Shown: positions 54,027-64,000 of the stretch, piece after piece | How the letters are laid out: every line of letters begins with the position of its first letter | Numbering within the stretch: position 1 is the stretch's first letter | Origin: an uncultured Verrucomicrobiae bacterium | Lineage (GTDB): Bacteria; Verrucomicrobiota; Verrucomicrobiia; Chthoniobacterales; JAFAMB01 | Assembly: GCA_963782115.1 (NCBI GenBank) | Contig: CAWAIK010000005.1 | Location: 128,001-192,000 of the forward strand | Direction: 5' to 3' | Length of the DNA: 64,000 nt | Notes under the pieces: generated by a model | Told to the model about the DNA's origin: nothing | The model's database searches: none | Seen by the model: only the letters and a program-made list of their open reading frames with translations | Program-made: the position numbers and the translations under genes

Positions 54027-55040
54027 ATGAAAAATAATAAAGCCCAAAGGGTGATCGTGATCACGGGCGCTTCAGCCGGCCTCGGCCGCGCGACTGCGCA
54101 AGCCTTCGCTCGCAGCGAAGGGGCAAAAATCGGCCTGATCGCGCGCGGGAAAGACGGTTTGGAGGGCGCCAAAACCGACGTGGAAAAGCTGGGCGGCCAG
54201 GCGTTGATGTTGCCGGCGGACGTGGCTGAAGCCGACGCAGTCGAGGCCGCCGCTGAACGGGTTGAAACCGAACTGGGACCTATTGACGTGTGGGTCAACG
54301 ACGCCATGACCGGCGTGTTCTCGCCAGTCAAAGAGATGACGGCTGAGGAGTTCAAGCGCGTAACCGAGGTCAACTACCTTGGCTTCGTTAACGGCACCCT
54401 GGCCGCCCTTAAGCGGATGCTGCCGCGCGACCAGGGCCGCATCATTCAGGTCGGCAGCGCTCTGGCCTATCGCGGAATCCCGTTGCAGGCGGCTTATTGC
54501 GCCAGCAAACACGCCATCCAGGGTTTCATGGATTCGCTTCGGTGCGAACTGATTCACGACAAAAGCCGCGTGCGCGTAACGATGGTGCAGATGCCGGCCA
54601 TGAACACCCCGCAGTTCGACTGGGTCAAAAGTCGTCTGCCCAAAAGAGCGCAGCCGGTGCCGCCGATTTACCAGCCGGACGTGGCGGCCAAGGCCATCGT
54701 GTACGCCTCGCACCATGACCGGCGCGAGATCTACGTTGGTATACCCACAGTAGAGGCCATCATCGGGAACAAACTCTTTCCCGGTCTGCTGGACTATTAC
54801 CTGGCCCAAACCGGTTACGAGGGACAACAAACAGACGAACCGCAGGATCCGCACCAACCCTACAATCTTTACGAGCCAGTCGCCGGGGACCACGGGGCGC
54901 ACGGGCGTTTTGACGCGCGTGCGCGCAACTTCAGCCCGCAGCTCTGGACCGACCTCCACCGTGACGTGTTGGCCGCCTTCGTCCTGATTGGGGTCGCTGC
55001 CCTAGGTGCAACCTTGTTTATGAGAAGAAAGGCCGGCTGA
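54027..55040 (+). CDS. SDR oxidoreductase
   Basis: ITGASAGLG, YCASK, PPIYQP. Confidence 0.9.
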   Translation: MKNNKAQRVIVITGASAGLGRATAQAFARSEGAKIGLIARGKDGLEGAKTDVEKLGGQALMLPADVAEADAVEAAAERVETELGPIDVWVNDAMTGVFSPVKEMTAEEFKRVTEVNYLGFVNGTLAALKRMLPRDQGRIIQVGSALAYRGIPLQAAYCASKHAIQGFMDSLRCELIHDKSRVRVTMVQMPAMNTPQFDWVKSRLPKRAQPVPPIYQPDVAAKAIVYASHHDRREIYVGIPTVEAIIGNKLFPGLLDYYLAQTGYEGQQTDEPQDPHQPYNLYEPVAGDHGAHGRFDARARNFSPQLWTDLHRDVLAAFVLIGVAALGATLFMRRKAG

Positions 55041-55546
55041 TGAGTAGTGCCGAACAACTGAGTGATGAGCTGCGCTTCGGCGCGGACGACGCGTTACAGC
55101 GGCGGCGAGCGGTCGCGGGGCTTACGTTGCTGACTATTTCGTCGATGGGACTGATCGCGCTTTACCAATTGGGCGTGCTCAAACATTTACCAGAGCCGCC
55201 GCTGCCGGGGCTGGATGCGGAGAAGGTCAACGGTTCTGCTCAAGCTTACGGCCTGTTTGCTACCCCCGATGCAGTGCTGGGCCTGGGCAGCTACGCAGTT
55301 ACCCTTGGGTTGGCGGCAATGGGCGGCAAAAGGCGCGCTGAAAGCCGGCCCTGGATTCCACTCGCCCTGGCCGCCAAGGCCGCGGCAGACTTGCTGCAGG
55401 CTGCTAACCTGACCCGCATTTCCTGGACAAATTACCGGAGCCTCAGCCTTTACAGCCTGATTGCCGTGGTGGCTACCTTCGCCACGCTTCCGCTGGTGGT
55501 GCCGGAAGCGGTCACCTCCTTCAGGAAATTAAAGCAAGGCAAGTGA
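55040..55546 (+). CDS. Vitamin K epoxide reductase-like membrane protein lacking cysteines
   Basis: LYQLGVLKHLPEPP...DAEKV...PDAVLGLGSY; SLYS at the expected CxxC position. Confidence 0.65.
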   Translation: MSSAEQLSDELRFGADDALQRRRAVAGLTLLTISSMGLIALYQLGVLKHLPEPPLPGLDAEKVNGSAQAYGLFATPDAVLGLGSYAVTLGLAAMGGKRRAESRPWIPLALAAKAAADLLQAANLTRISWTNYRSLSLYSLIAVVATFATLPLVVPEAVTSFRKLKQGK

Positions 55547-55624
55547 CTCCGCAGTGCGATGACGACTTTCTTTGAAAGGACTCGCCAGTTAAAGACCTGG
55601 ACATTCCTCTAACCGGACGTATTC

Positions 55625-56335
55625 GTGGACGAAAAACCACATCTGCCACCTCCAGGGGATCGCCGGGAGACCCGCGACCTGCCACAGGTTTTTCGTCCAC
55701 GCGCAAATCTTTTTTACCGCGCCTTCCTCATTGCAATTCCTGTTTTTCTGTTGGCCGCCGGATTCGTTTGTTACGAGCTCTATCGCTCGCCACATTGGAC
55801 GGGTGTTTCCGTTGCAATAGGGCAACCGGTGCTTTTCAGCCACCGGCATCACGCGGGGCAGTTAAAGATCGATTGCCGTTATTGCCACACGTCGGTGGAG
55901 CAATCGTCGTTTGCCGGCTTGCCGTCCACACAAACTTGCATGACCTGTCATTCCCAGATTTTTACCGACAGTCGGTTGCTTCAACCGGTGCGCAATAGTT
56001 TTGATACGGGGCTCCCGATCCGCTGGAACCGAGTCCACAACCTGCCCGACTACGTGTATTTCGACCACGCCATCCACGTGAAAAAAGGCGTCGGGTGCTC
56101 CACCTGCCACGGACAGGTAAACCAGATGCCGCTGGTTTGGAAAACCCAGACCTTGTTCATGGAATGGTGTCTGGACTGCCACCGTCAGCCCGAGGCGAGC
56201 CTGCGCCCGATTTCCGAGATCTTCAACCTGAACTGGCAACCAACCAAGGTCCAGCCCCAAGCAGACGCGCAGCTGGCCAGGGACTACCATCTTGACGCAC
56301 CGCACCTCACTAACTGCTCGGTGTGTCGCCACTGA
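55625..56335 (+). CDS. actA: Alternative complex III multiheme cytochrome c
   Basis: QPVLFSHRHH, CRYCH, CMTCH, CSTCH, CLDCH; terminal CSVCRH. Confidence 0.85.
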   Translation: MDEKPHLPPPGDRRETRDLPQVFRPRANLFYRAFLIAIPVFLLAAGFVCYELYRSPHWTGVSVAIGQPVLFSHRHHAGQLKIDCRYCHTSVEQSSFAGLPSTQTCMTCHSQIFTDSRLLQPVRNSFDTGLPIRWNRVHNLPDYVYFDHAIHVKKGVGCSTCHGQVNQMPLVWKTQTLFMEWCLDCHRQPEASLRPISEIFNLNWQPTKVQPQADAQLARDYHLDAPHLTNCSVCRH

Positions 56336-56342
56336 TTAGCGC

Positions 56343-58877
56343 ATGATGACACCTTCCCCTTTCGGAGCGTTTCAGGAACAACCGGCCGGCAAAACTGGTC
56401 CACTACTCTGGCGCAGCTTGGAAGAGTTGGCCGACACGCCGGAGTTCCGCGCTTGCCGCGAACGGGAATTCCCATCCGGCGCGGCTGAATGGCCGGCAAC
56501 TGACGTCATCGGCCGGCGGAAGTTCCTCGAGTTAATGGGCTCATCGTTGGCGTTGGCGGGCCTGGTCGGCTGCAGCCGGCCGCGAGAAAAGATCGTTCCC
56601 TATGTGGATCAGCCCGAACAGATAATTCCCGGAAAACCGCTTGTCTACGCCACCGCTATGCCGCTTCACGGCTACGGCCGCGGCATCCTTGTCGAGACGG
56701 ACATGGGCAGACCGGTGAAGATTGAGGGAAACCCGGCGCACCCCGACAGCCTCGGGGCGACCGACCATTTTATGCAAGCGGCCGTCCTTTCGCTCTGGGA
56801 TCCGGACCGCTCGCAAACTCCCTATTTCCAAGCCAGGAGCGCCAAATGGGAAACGTTCGAGGTGCCGATGCGCTCTGCGATGCCGGAAGGCAAAACCAAT
56901 AGCATTGCCACCTGGAGAGCATTTGAAGGAGAACTTCTCGGGGTTCTGAAAAGTGCGGCTGATGCAAGCGGCGACGGCTTAGTGGTACTTACGGAGCCCA
57001 CGACGTCGCCGAGCCTTCATCGTCAGATGAACGAACTGCTACAGAGATTGCCCCGGGCTCGCTGGTGCCAATGGGCACCGTGGGCGAGTCTCCGGCAGCC
57101 GCTTTCACCTGAGCCCGATTTTGGAAGAGCCGACCTGATCGTGGCGATCGGCAGTGATTTCCTCATTGATCTGCCGGGCAGCCTGCGCCACACGCGGCAG
57201 TTTGTGGCGCGACGCCGCGTCCTGAAAGGCCAGATCAGCCCCAACTGCCTTTACGTCCTTGAATCCACGCCGACGCTCACCGGCGCCATGGCCGACTACC
57301 ACCTTTGCGCGCCGCCCGACCGCATCGCCGTCGTCCTGCGTCAGGTGACTGGCGCCGCGGGCGAAACCGTCAGCGCGGGAGAAGAGGCGTTCGTACGCAA
57401 ACTCACTGCAGACTTGGCCGGTCATCGCGGAAATACCCTCGTGCTGGCGGGTGAAACCGAGCCGCCGGAAATCCGGCAACTCGCCGAGCAACTTGGCGCG
57501 GCGCCGGCCCAGCCAACCCCGGAAGGGTTGACACAGCTTGCTCAGGATCTGGATGCGGGCCGGGTCAAACAGCTCTTTATCCTTGGTGGGAACCCGGCGT
57601 ACACGGCCCCCGCCGACCTGGGCTTCGCGGAGCGCCTGCAAAAGGCAGCTTTCACGGTTCACCTTTCGCTGTACCGGGACGAGACCTCGCGGCTCTGCCG
57701 CTGGCACCTGCCCGAAACGCATTTCCTGGAATCCTGGAGCGACCTCCTGGCCAGTGACGGCGTCACCGGGACGATCCTGCAGCCTGCCATCGCGCCGCTC
57801 TACGACGGTAAATCCGTTCACGATATCCTGTCGATGCTGTTAGGTTCCTTCCAAAGCTCCAGCTACGATATAGTCCGCCAAACCTGGAGCGCAGGGCGGG
57901 TCAGCGATTTCGAGTCATTCTGGGAGCAATCGGTTCACGATGGCGTCGTGACGAGCGCGCCGGCTGCCGCTCCGCAGTCCACGTCTGGTCCGGAGCCGAA
58001 GGCGCCGGCCAGTTCTCCCGTCACACTTTCCGCAGGCGAAACTTATCTGCTCGTCCGGCTGGATCCGACCGTCGACGATGGCAGCTGGGCGAACAACGGC
58101 TGGCTGCAGGAATTGCCGAAGCCACTGACAAAACTCACGTGGGACAACGCGGCGCTGGTCAGCCCCGTCCAGGCGCAACGGCTCGGGGTATCGAATGGCG
58201 AGGTGGTGGAACTGCGTTGCCACGGGCAAATCGTCGAAGCGCCTATCTGGGTTCTTCCCGGCCAGGCGGATCGTTGCGTGACCGTGCATCTGGGATACGG
58301 ACGGCGGCACGCCGGCAGCGTCGGCAACGGCCAGGGGTTCGACGCATACCGGCTCCAGCATTCGGCCCATCCCTGGCTGAGGTCGGGGCTGGAGATCCGC
58401 AAAACCGACCGGCGCTACGACCTGGTGACAACCCAGCACCACTACTCGATGAGAGGGCGCGACATCGTCCGCGCCGCCGACGTGGAAAAATTTCGACGGG
58501 ACCCGCACTTCGCATCACCCGAGCTGAAAACCCGCCCCAGCCTGCTACCAGCGCAGCCAACGCTTGGTCCGGCGCGTTACGCCTGGGCAATGACAGTCGA
58601 CCTGAGCACCTGCACCGGTTGCAATGCCTGCGTCATCGCCTGCCAAGCGGAAAACAATATCGCGGTGGTCGGCAAAGAGCAGGTTGCAATAGGTCGCGAG
58701 ATGCACTGGATTCGGATCGACCGCTACTTCGAGGGCAGCCCCGAGAACCCGACCATCCTGCACCAGCCGGTGCTCTGCATGCACTGTGAAAAGGCGCCTT
58801 GCGAGATTGTCTGCCCGGTCGCAGCAACGGTGCACAATGACGAGGGGCTCAACACTATGATCTACAAATCCTTCTAA
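56343..58877 (+). pseudogene. actB: Alternative complex III ActB (Tat, molybdopterin-like plus Fe-S), 3'-truncated
   Basis: WRSLEEL, RRKFLELMG, KIEGNP, CTGCNACVIAC, CMHCEKAPCEIVCP; ends at GLNTMIY before the NRCVG cluster. Confidence 0.85.
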
Positions 58878-58899
58878 ACGTTGGCAAGATTTTGAGTTC

Positions 58900-59738
58900 G
58901 TCGAGCCGTTTTGCCGAGCTTGGTTCGTCCGGCTTGGGCTGGGTGCGGCCCTGGCGTTGGCCGCCATCGTACCCCTTCTCGCGGAGGACCAGAAGCTGCC
59001 CGCTCGGGCAGATTTTGAGCAAAAGCTCGGTTCCCAACTTCCGTTCGGTTTGTCGTTTACCGATGAAACGGGGAGATCAACAAAGCTGGGCGCCCTTTTC
59101 GGCCCGCGTCCGGTCATTCTCCAGCTTAGCTTGGCTATAACCGGTGCTGGCTCCTGTGCGACGTGGTGACCGGCGCGCTGGTGCGCAGCCTGCAAGATTT
59201 GAAGCTCAATCCCGGGCGTGATTTCGACGTGGTTTTTGTCAGCATCGACCCAAGCGAGACCTGACAACTCGGTGCAAGCAAGAAGGCAGAATACGTTCGC
59301 AGTTATGGACGCGCGAATACCAAGCCCGGCTGGCACTTTTTAACCGGGAGTGAGCCTGCGATTAAGGCGTTGGCAGAGGCAGTCGGTTTTCACTATTTTT
59401 ACGATGCGCCCAGCCGCCAGTTCGCGCACCCGAGCGGGATCGTGATCGTGACGCCCCACGGACGGCTCTCAAAGTATTTCTACGGCGTAGAATTCGATCC
59501 CCCAAAGCTGCGTTGGGCGCTCGTGGAAGCCTCCGGCGGCGCCATCGGCTCGCCCGTGGACCAACTGTTGTTGCTCTGTTACCATTGGAACCCGCTGGTG
59601 GGGAAATATGGCCTACTGATCTCGTGGAGCCTGAAAGTCGGTTGCTTCGGGTCATTGGCCCTACTCGGGGGATTCATCTTGTTTTGGCTGCGGCGCGAGC
59701 GCCGGCAGAAGCAGCTCGATACCAACCTGGCGCCATGA
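58900..59738 (+). pseudogene. SCO family protein, frameshifts and an in-frame stop
   Basis: FEQKLGSQLP...VSIDPSET*...GWHFLTG...QFAHPSGIVIVTPHG. Confidence 0.8.
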
Positions 59739-60724
59739 ACATTCTCGCTTTCGATCTACCGTTCGTGCCTCCCCAGGCCAGTGAGCAAGCCTGGCAGGTC
59801 GATGCGATCTACTGGTCGCTCACCGCCATCAGCGGGTTTATTGTGATCGGCCTGTTTCTGGTGATCACGTTATTCCTGATCAAGTACCGGTCCACATCAA
59901 ACGCGGACCGGACCATGGCGGATCTACCTTCAATTTACGCGGAAATTACCTGGACGGTGATCCCGATGCTCATCTTTATCGGCCTGTTCATCTGGGGAGC
60001 GATCATTTTCGCGCGGGCCAGTAAACCGCCGGCCAATGCGCTCAGCCTCTATGTAGTGGGCGTCCAGTGGTATTGGGATATTCGCCACGAAAACGGCCGG
60101 CGTGAAATCGGCGACATGCATGTGCCGATTGGTCAGCCGGTGCAACTCATTATGACCTCAAACGACGTCATCCATGATTTCGCTGTCCCGGCTTTCCGGG
60201 TGAAACGCGACGTGTTGCCCGGCAAATACACCACGGAATGGTTTACGGCGACCAAGCCGGGCCGCTACCACATTTTTTGTGACCAGTACTGCGGCACCAA
60301 GCACAGCGAGATGATCGGGTGGCTCTACGCCATGGAACCTGCCGAGTACCAGAACTGGCTCGCGCAGGGGGGTGCCGGCGAGGGAAACATCGCGCAGGAC
60401 GGTTCCAGACTCTTCCGCCAGTACGGCTGCAGCGGCTGCCACGGAGAGAACTCCCGGGTGGCGGCGCCAAGTTTACGCGGCCTTTACGGACGCCCCGTGC
60501 CGCTCCAAGGCGGCGGGTTCGTCGTGGCCGATGAGCAGTACCTGCGAGATTCCATCCTCAACCCTGACTCGCAGGTCGTCGCCGGCTTTCGCCCGATCAT
60601 GCCCTCCTTTAAAGGTCAGATCAGCGAGCCGAACCTGATGGCGATCATCGCTTATCTTAAAAGCCTCGGCCAAAACCAGTCGTTCAGTGCCAAAACCAAC
60701 AAGCCCCCCTCACCGTCACCATGA
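59735..60724 (+). CDS. coxB: Cytochrome c oxidase subunit II with C-terminal cytochrome c
   Basis: [26 protein letters not shown] (CuA), CSGCH. Confidence 0.9.
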   Translation: MNILAFDLPFVPPQASEQAWQVDAIYWSLTAISGFIVIGLFLVITLFLIKYRSTSNADRTMADLPSIYAEITWTVIPMLIFIGLFIWGAIIFARASKPPANALSLYVVGVQWYWDIRHENGRREIGDMHVPIGQPVQLIMTSNDVIHDFAVPAFRVKRDVLPGKYTTEWFTATKPGRYHIFCDQYCGTKHSEMIGWLYAMEPAEYQNWLAQGGAGEGNIAQDGSRLFRQYGCSGCHGENSRVAAPSLRGLYGRPVPLQGGGFVVADEQYLRDSILNPDSQVVAGFRPIMPSFKGQISEPNLMAIIAYLKSLGQNQSFSAKTNKPPSPSP

Positions 60725-62200
60725 GTTCAGCCTCTACCTCAATCGAAACCTCGCCGACCGGCACAGAGCCGGAACGTCACCCCCTCAAGCCGGATTACCT
60801 GCGAGACGGTTACGGGCTGAAATCGTGGCTGACGACGCATGATCATAAACGGATCGGGATCCTCTACCTTCTCTCGATCACGCTTTTCTTCTTCGTCGGC
60901 GGCACGGCTGCCACCCTGATGCGGATCGAGCTCATTACCCCGCACAACGACTTGGTCACCTCCGAACAGTACAATAAGCTTTTCACCCTGCACGGCGTCA
61001 CGATGGTCTGGTTTTTCCTGATCCCGTCGATCCCGACCGTTCTGGGCAACTTTCTGCTTCCCTTAATGATCGGCGCACGCGACGTCGCATTCCCGCGGCT
61101 GAACTTGCTGAGTTGGTACATTTTTGTGCTCGGGGGAATTTTTACCCTCTATTCCATCATCGCCGGAGGAGTTGACACCGGCTGGACGTTCTACACGCCC
61201 TACAGCACGACCTACGCCAACGGCCACGTTATTGCGATGGCCGCCGGCATCTTAATCACCGGTTTCTCCTCGATTTTCACCGGGCTCAATTTTATCGTCA
61301 CCACCCACACCATGCGAGCGCCGGGAATGCATTGGTTCCGGTTACCGCTCTTTGTCTGGTCGCTTTACTCCACCAGCTTGATCCTGGTGCTGGCGACGCC
61401 CGTGCTGGCGATTACGCTCGCTTTGATTGCCGTGGAGCGGCTTGCCGGGGTCGGGGTCTTCGATCCAAAGATGGGCGGCGATCCGCTCCTCTTTCAGCAC
61501 CTCTTCTGGTTCTACTCGCATCCGGCGATCTACATCATGATTTTGCCGGGCATGGGGGTGGTCAACGAAATGATCACCTGTTTTTCGCGCAAGCGGATTT
61601 TTGGGTATAAGTTCGTTGCTTTTGCGAACCTAGCCATCGCGATCTTAGGTTTCATCGTCTGGGGCCACCACCTGTTCGTGGCCAGCCAATCCATCTACGC
61701 CGGGATGGTTTTCTCAATCCTTAGTTTTCTGGTCGCGGTGCCGTCGGCAATCAAGGTGTTCAATTGGACGGCCACGTTATACAAAGGGCGCATCTTTTTT
61801 CACACCCCGATGCTCTACGCGCTCGGTTTCATCGGACTGTTTACCATCGGCGGGTTAACCGGCCTTTTCGTCGCGACGCTCGCCGTGGACATGCACGTCC
61901 ACGATACCTATTTCGTTATCGCGCATTTCCATTACATCATGGTCGCCGGAGGAATGGCAGGTGTTTAACGTGCTGTCTTCGGCCGGCGCTTCCGTGCTGG
62001 CCGTCGGCTACATCCTGCCACTCTGTTACCTGATCTGGTCCTTCTTCTTCGGACGCCCCGCGCCCCAAAACCCCTGGAACGCCAGCGGCCTTGAATGGAA
62101 CGAAGCCAGTTCTCCGCCGATTCGTGAGAACTTCGAGAAGATTCCGCACGTGACCAAACCCGCTTATGACTACCCGTACCCGGAAAAACGGCATGCCTGA
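60721..62200 (+). pseudogene. ctaD: Cytochrome c oxidase subunit I with out-of-frame deletion near 61945
   Basis: [24 protein letters not shown], then a jump to [14 protein letters not shown] segment absent. Confidence 0.9.
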
Positions 62201-62840
62201 AGCCGCCACCGCTTTAGCCGAGCAGTTTGAGCGCCCCAAGCAGCAGGAGGAAGCATCCAGCCTGGGAATCTGGACTTTCCTATCCACAGAGATCCTTTTC
62301 TTTGGCGGGCTTTTCCTCAGCTATACGGTTTACCGGGTCAACTACCCGGAGGGGTTCGCGGAAGGCAGCAGGCACCTCTATTTCTGGATCGGGACGATCA
62401 ACACTTTCGTCTTATTAACCAGCAGCTTGTTCATGGCGCTCGCGGTTCATTCGATCCAAGACGGCCATCAGAAAATGCTCCGCCGGTTTTTGGTGTTGAC
62501 GTTTCTTTTCGGCGGCACCTTCCTCGGCTTGAAACTGATGGAATACTATCTCGACACCAGCGATCGCCTCGTTCCAGGATTCAACTTCGATCCCAGCAAA
62601 TACGCCCACCCCCACCATGTGGAAATGTTCCTCTTTCTCTATTTTGCGATGACCGGCCTCCATGCGATCCATATGACGCTGGGGCTGAGCGCGCTGACTT
62701 ACCTGTATATCAAGGCTCGCCAGAAGACGTTTTCGGAGAGCTACTACACCCCCGTCAAGATCGTCGGCCTGTACTGGCATTTCGTCGACGTGGTCTGGGT
62801 GTTTCTTTACCCGATGCTGTACCTCATCGGGAAATCCTGA
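62193..62840 (+). CDS. Cytochrome c oxidase subunit III
   Basis: FLSTEILFFGGLF, TGLHAIH, GLYWHFVDVVW. Confidence 0.9.
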   Translation: MPEAATALAEQFERPKQQEEASSLGIWTFLSTEILFFGGLFLSYTVYRVNYPEGFAEGSRHLYFWIGTINTFVLLTSSLFMALAVHSIQDGHQKMLRRFLVLTFLFGGTFLGLKLMEYYLDTSDRLVPGFNFDPSKYAHPHHVEMFLFLYFAMTGLHAIHMTLGLSALTYLYIKARQKTFSESYYTPVKIVGLYWHFVDVVWVFLYPMLYLIGKS

Positions 62841-62867
62841 TCGGAAGTTATAGATCGCTTACACGCC

Positions 62868-63164
62868 ATGGCTGATAAGACTCGACGCCCAAAAAAAAGA
62901 ACGCTCTTTCTGGTCTACGCCGGCTTGATTGCGCTGCTGCTTCTCACGGCTGTCGGCGCCTACGTGCCGGTCAGCGGCACTACGCACGTGCTTTTGGCGT
63001 TTGGAGTCTCGTTGGCGAAGACGTCCCTGATCGCCTTGTTCTTTATGGAAATCCACTACCACACAGGAATTACCCGGTTCTTTGCTGGCGCAGGGCTTAC
63101 TTGGCTGGCCCTGCTTTTCCTGCTGAGCTTCTCGGATTACCTCACCCGACACTGGCGCTTTTAG
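62868..63164 (+). CDS. Cytochrome c oxidase subunit IV (caa3 type)
   Basis: KTSLIALFFME...SDYLTR. Confidence 0.8.
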   Translation: MADKTRRPKKRTLFLVYAGLIALLLLTAVGAYVPVSGTTHVLLAFGVSLAKTSLIALFFMEIHYHTGITRFFAGAGLTWLALLFLLSFSDYLTRHWRF

Positions 63165-63424
63165 ATGAACGAAGCCGCTAAAAGTCCTTACCTGTGCAGG
63201 GGTACGCAGTCGCGACGCAGTTTATAGGTCGACCGTACCCAAACGGAAAAAATTGTACGCTTAGCTTCCGGAAGCGTGGTGCTCGCGATGGCAAAGAGCA
63301 AAGACGTGATCGGTGAACCCGGCGGTATCCGGGTAGTGTTCTTCGATACGAAGATCAGATTCGTGGTAAAGCAATCCGTCTAAAACATATGTGGCATCGC
63401 GAGCATTGGCTGCGATTACCTTGC

Positions 63425-64000
63425 TGTAGAATGGCGCCAAGCGGACGGGTGAGGATGAACGCCGACCAGAACAACAACGTACGAGAGATCTTCGTGTAAA
63501 AATAGGCGGCCGCGAGAAGCACTACTGCACCGGCGAAAACGACCGCCGCACCTTCATACCCCAGCCCCCGAATCGTCGGCAAAAAAGTCGCTGAGGGCGG
63601 TCCCGAGCGTTTTTGAAAAGAGGATCGTCACCCAATAACATATTTCAACTTTGGGCGAGACGATGTTTCTGAATGACACAGAGCCCACGGAGATTCGCCA
63701 TACTCCGAGAGCGATCATCAGTAGCGTGAAGAGTAAAATTGAGCCACCCACGTAGCCGATTCGGAGCGAGCGATCCGCATAGTCCGCCATCGTCGTCCCA
63801 GCGGTGGTTGTCGTGACAATAACTGCCCAATACAAAATCGGGTGAAAGATTTTGAAGCGACCTGAGCCGCGACCGTGACGATCAAAAGGCGAAGAAAACG
63901 GCGGTGCTGAGGCGGCGTAACCCAGGTGCATTGTCATGGAAGGGCATCGCCACCTGTCTCACCCGATGTCGTCGCGGCCATCTTGATGACCCAAAAGGCC
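63425..64000 (-). pseudogene. COG4705/DUF347 membrane protein, frameshifted and truncated
   Basis: [46 protein letters not shown]. Confidence 0.75.

Noticed and set aside
1..64000. CRISPR array, tRNA/rRNA, integron attC array, retron or DGR
   Set aside because: By eye I found no regularly spaced 25-45 bp repeats, no RNA-gene signatures, no integrase and no reverse transcriptase motifs; scattered GTTAGGC words lack matching inverse cores.
1..64000. All disruptions being long-read sequencing errors
   Set aside because: Deletions of hundreds of bp, in-frame stops and multi-kb error-free genes do not fit that. Individual 1-bp slips (13195, 18268, 54011) could still be errors, and chimeric assembly cannot be excluded without reads.

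Overview
This is bacterial DNA, probably from a soil Verrucomicrobiota (Chthoniobacterales-like) organism; that is an inference from the groEL and plsX ends and lineage-typical hypothetical proteins. It is not an ordinary gene-dense region but a heavily compacted mosaic of about 85 recognisable gene pieces. About 25 genes look intact: cupin, SAM methyltransferase, PRC-barrel, DUF3088, Mug, glutaredoxin, DUF488, group III truncated haemoglobin, ArsR, ComA/HSA32-like, NsrR-like Rrf2, a 981-aa FAD/Fe-S oxidoreductase, two GH15 hydrolases, SDR, VKOR-like, ActA and Cox II/III/IV, among others. They sit among hollowed-out or truncated remnants of housekeeping, respiratory and stress genes (plsX, nuoB-CD-E-F-G, nuoN, sdhCB, two cox subunit I genes, qNor, actB, tkt, zwf, fba classes I and II, groES/EL, an RND pump, kinases) and fragments of at least five IS families. 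Many remnants keep both gene ends and lose the middle, and several junctions show 3-6 bp microhomology. A nitric-oxide/anoxia stress gene set (Crp/Fnr-cupin-MTase, NsrR, PrpD-ComA, USP, FNR-like reductase, PRC-barrel, fba) occurs in two or three diverged copies, one set inverted, with different lesions in each copy. I saw no rRNA, tRNA, CRISPR array, integrase or reverse transcriptase. All family calls come from motif recognition by eye, with no database searches, and pseudogene boundaries are approximate.
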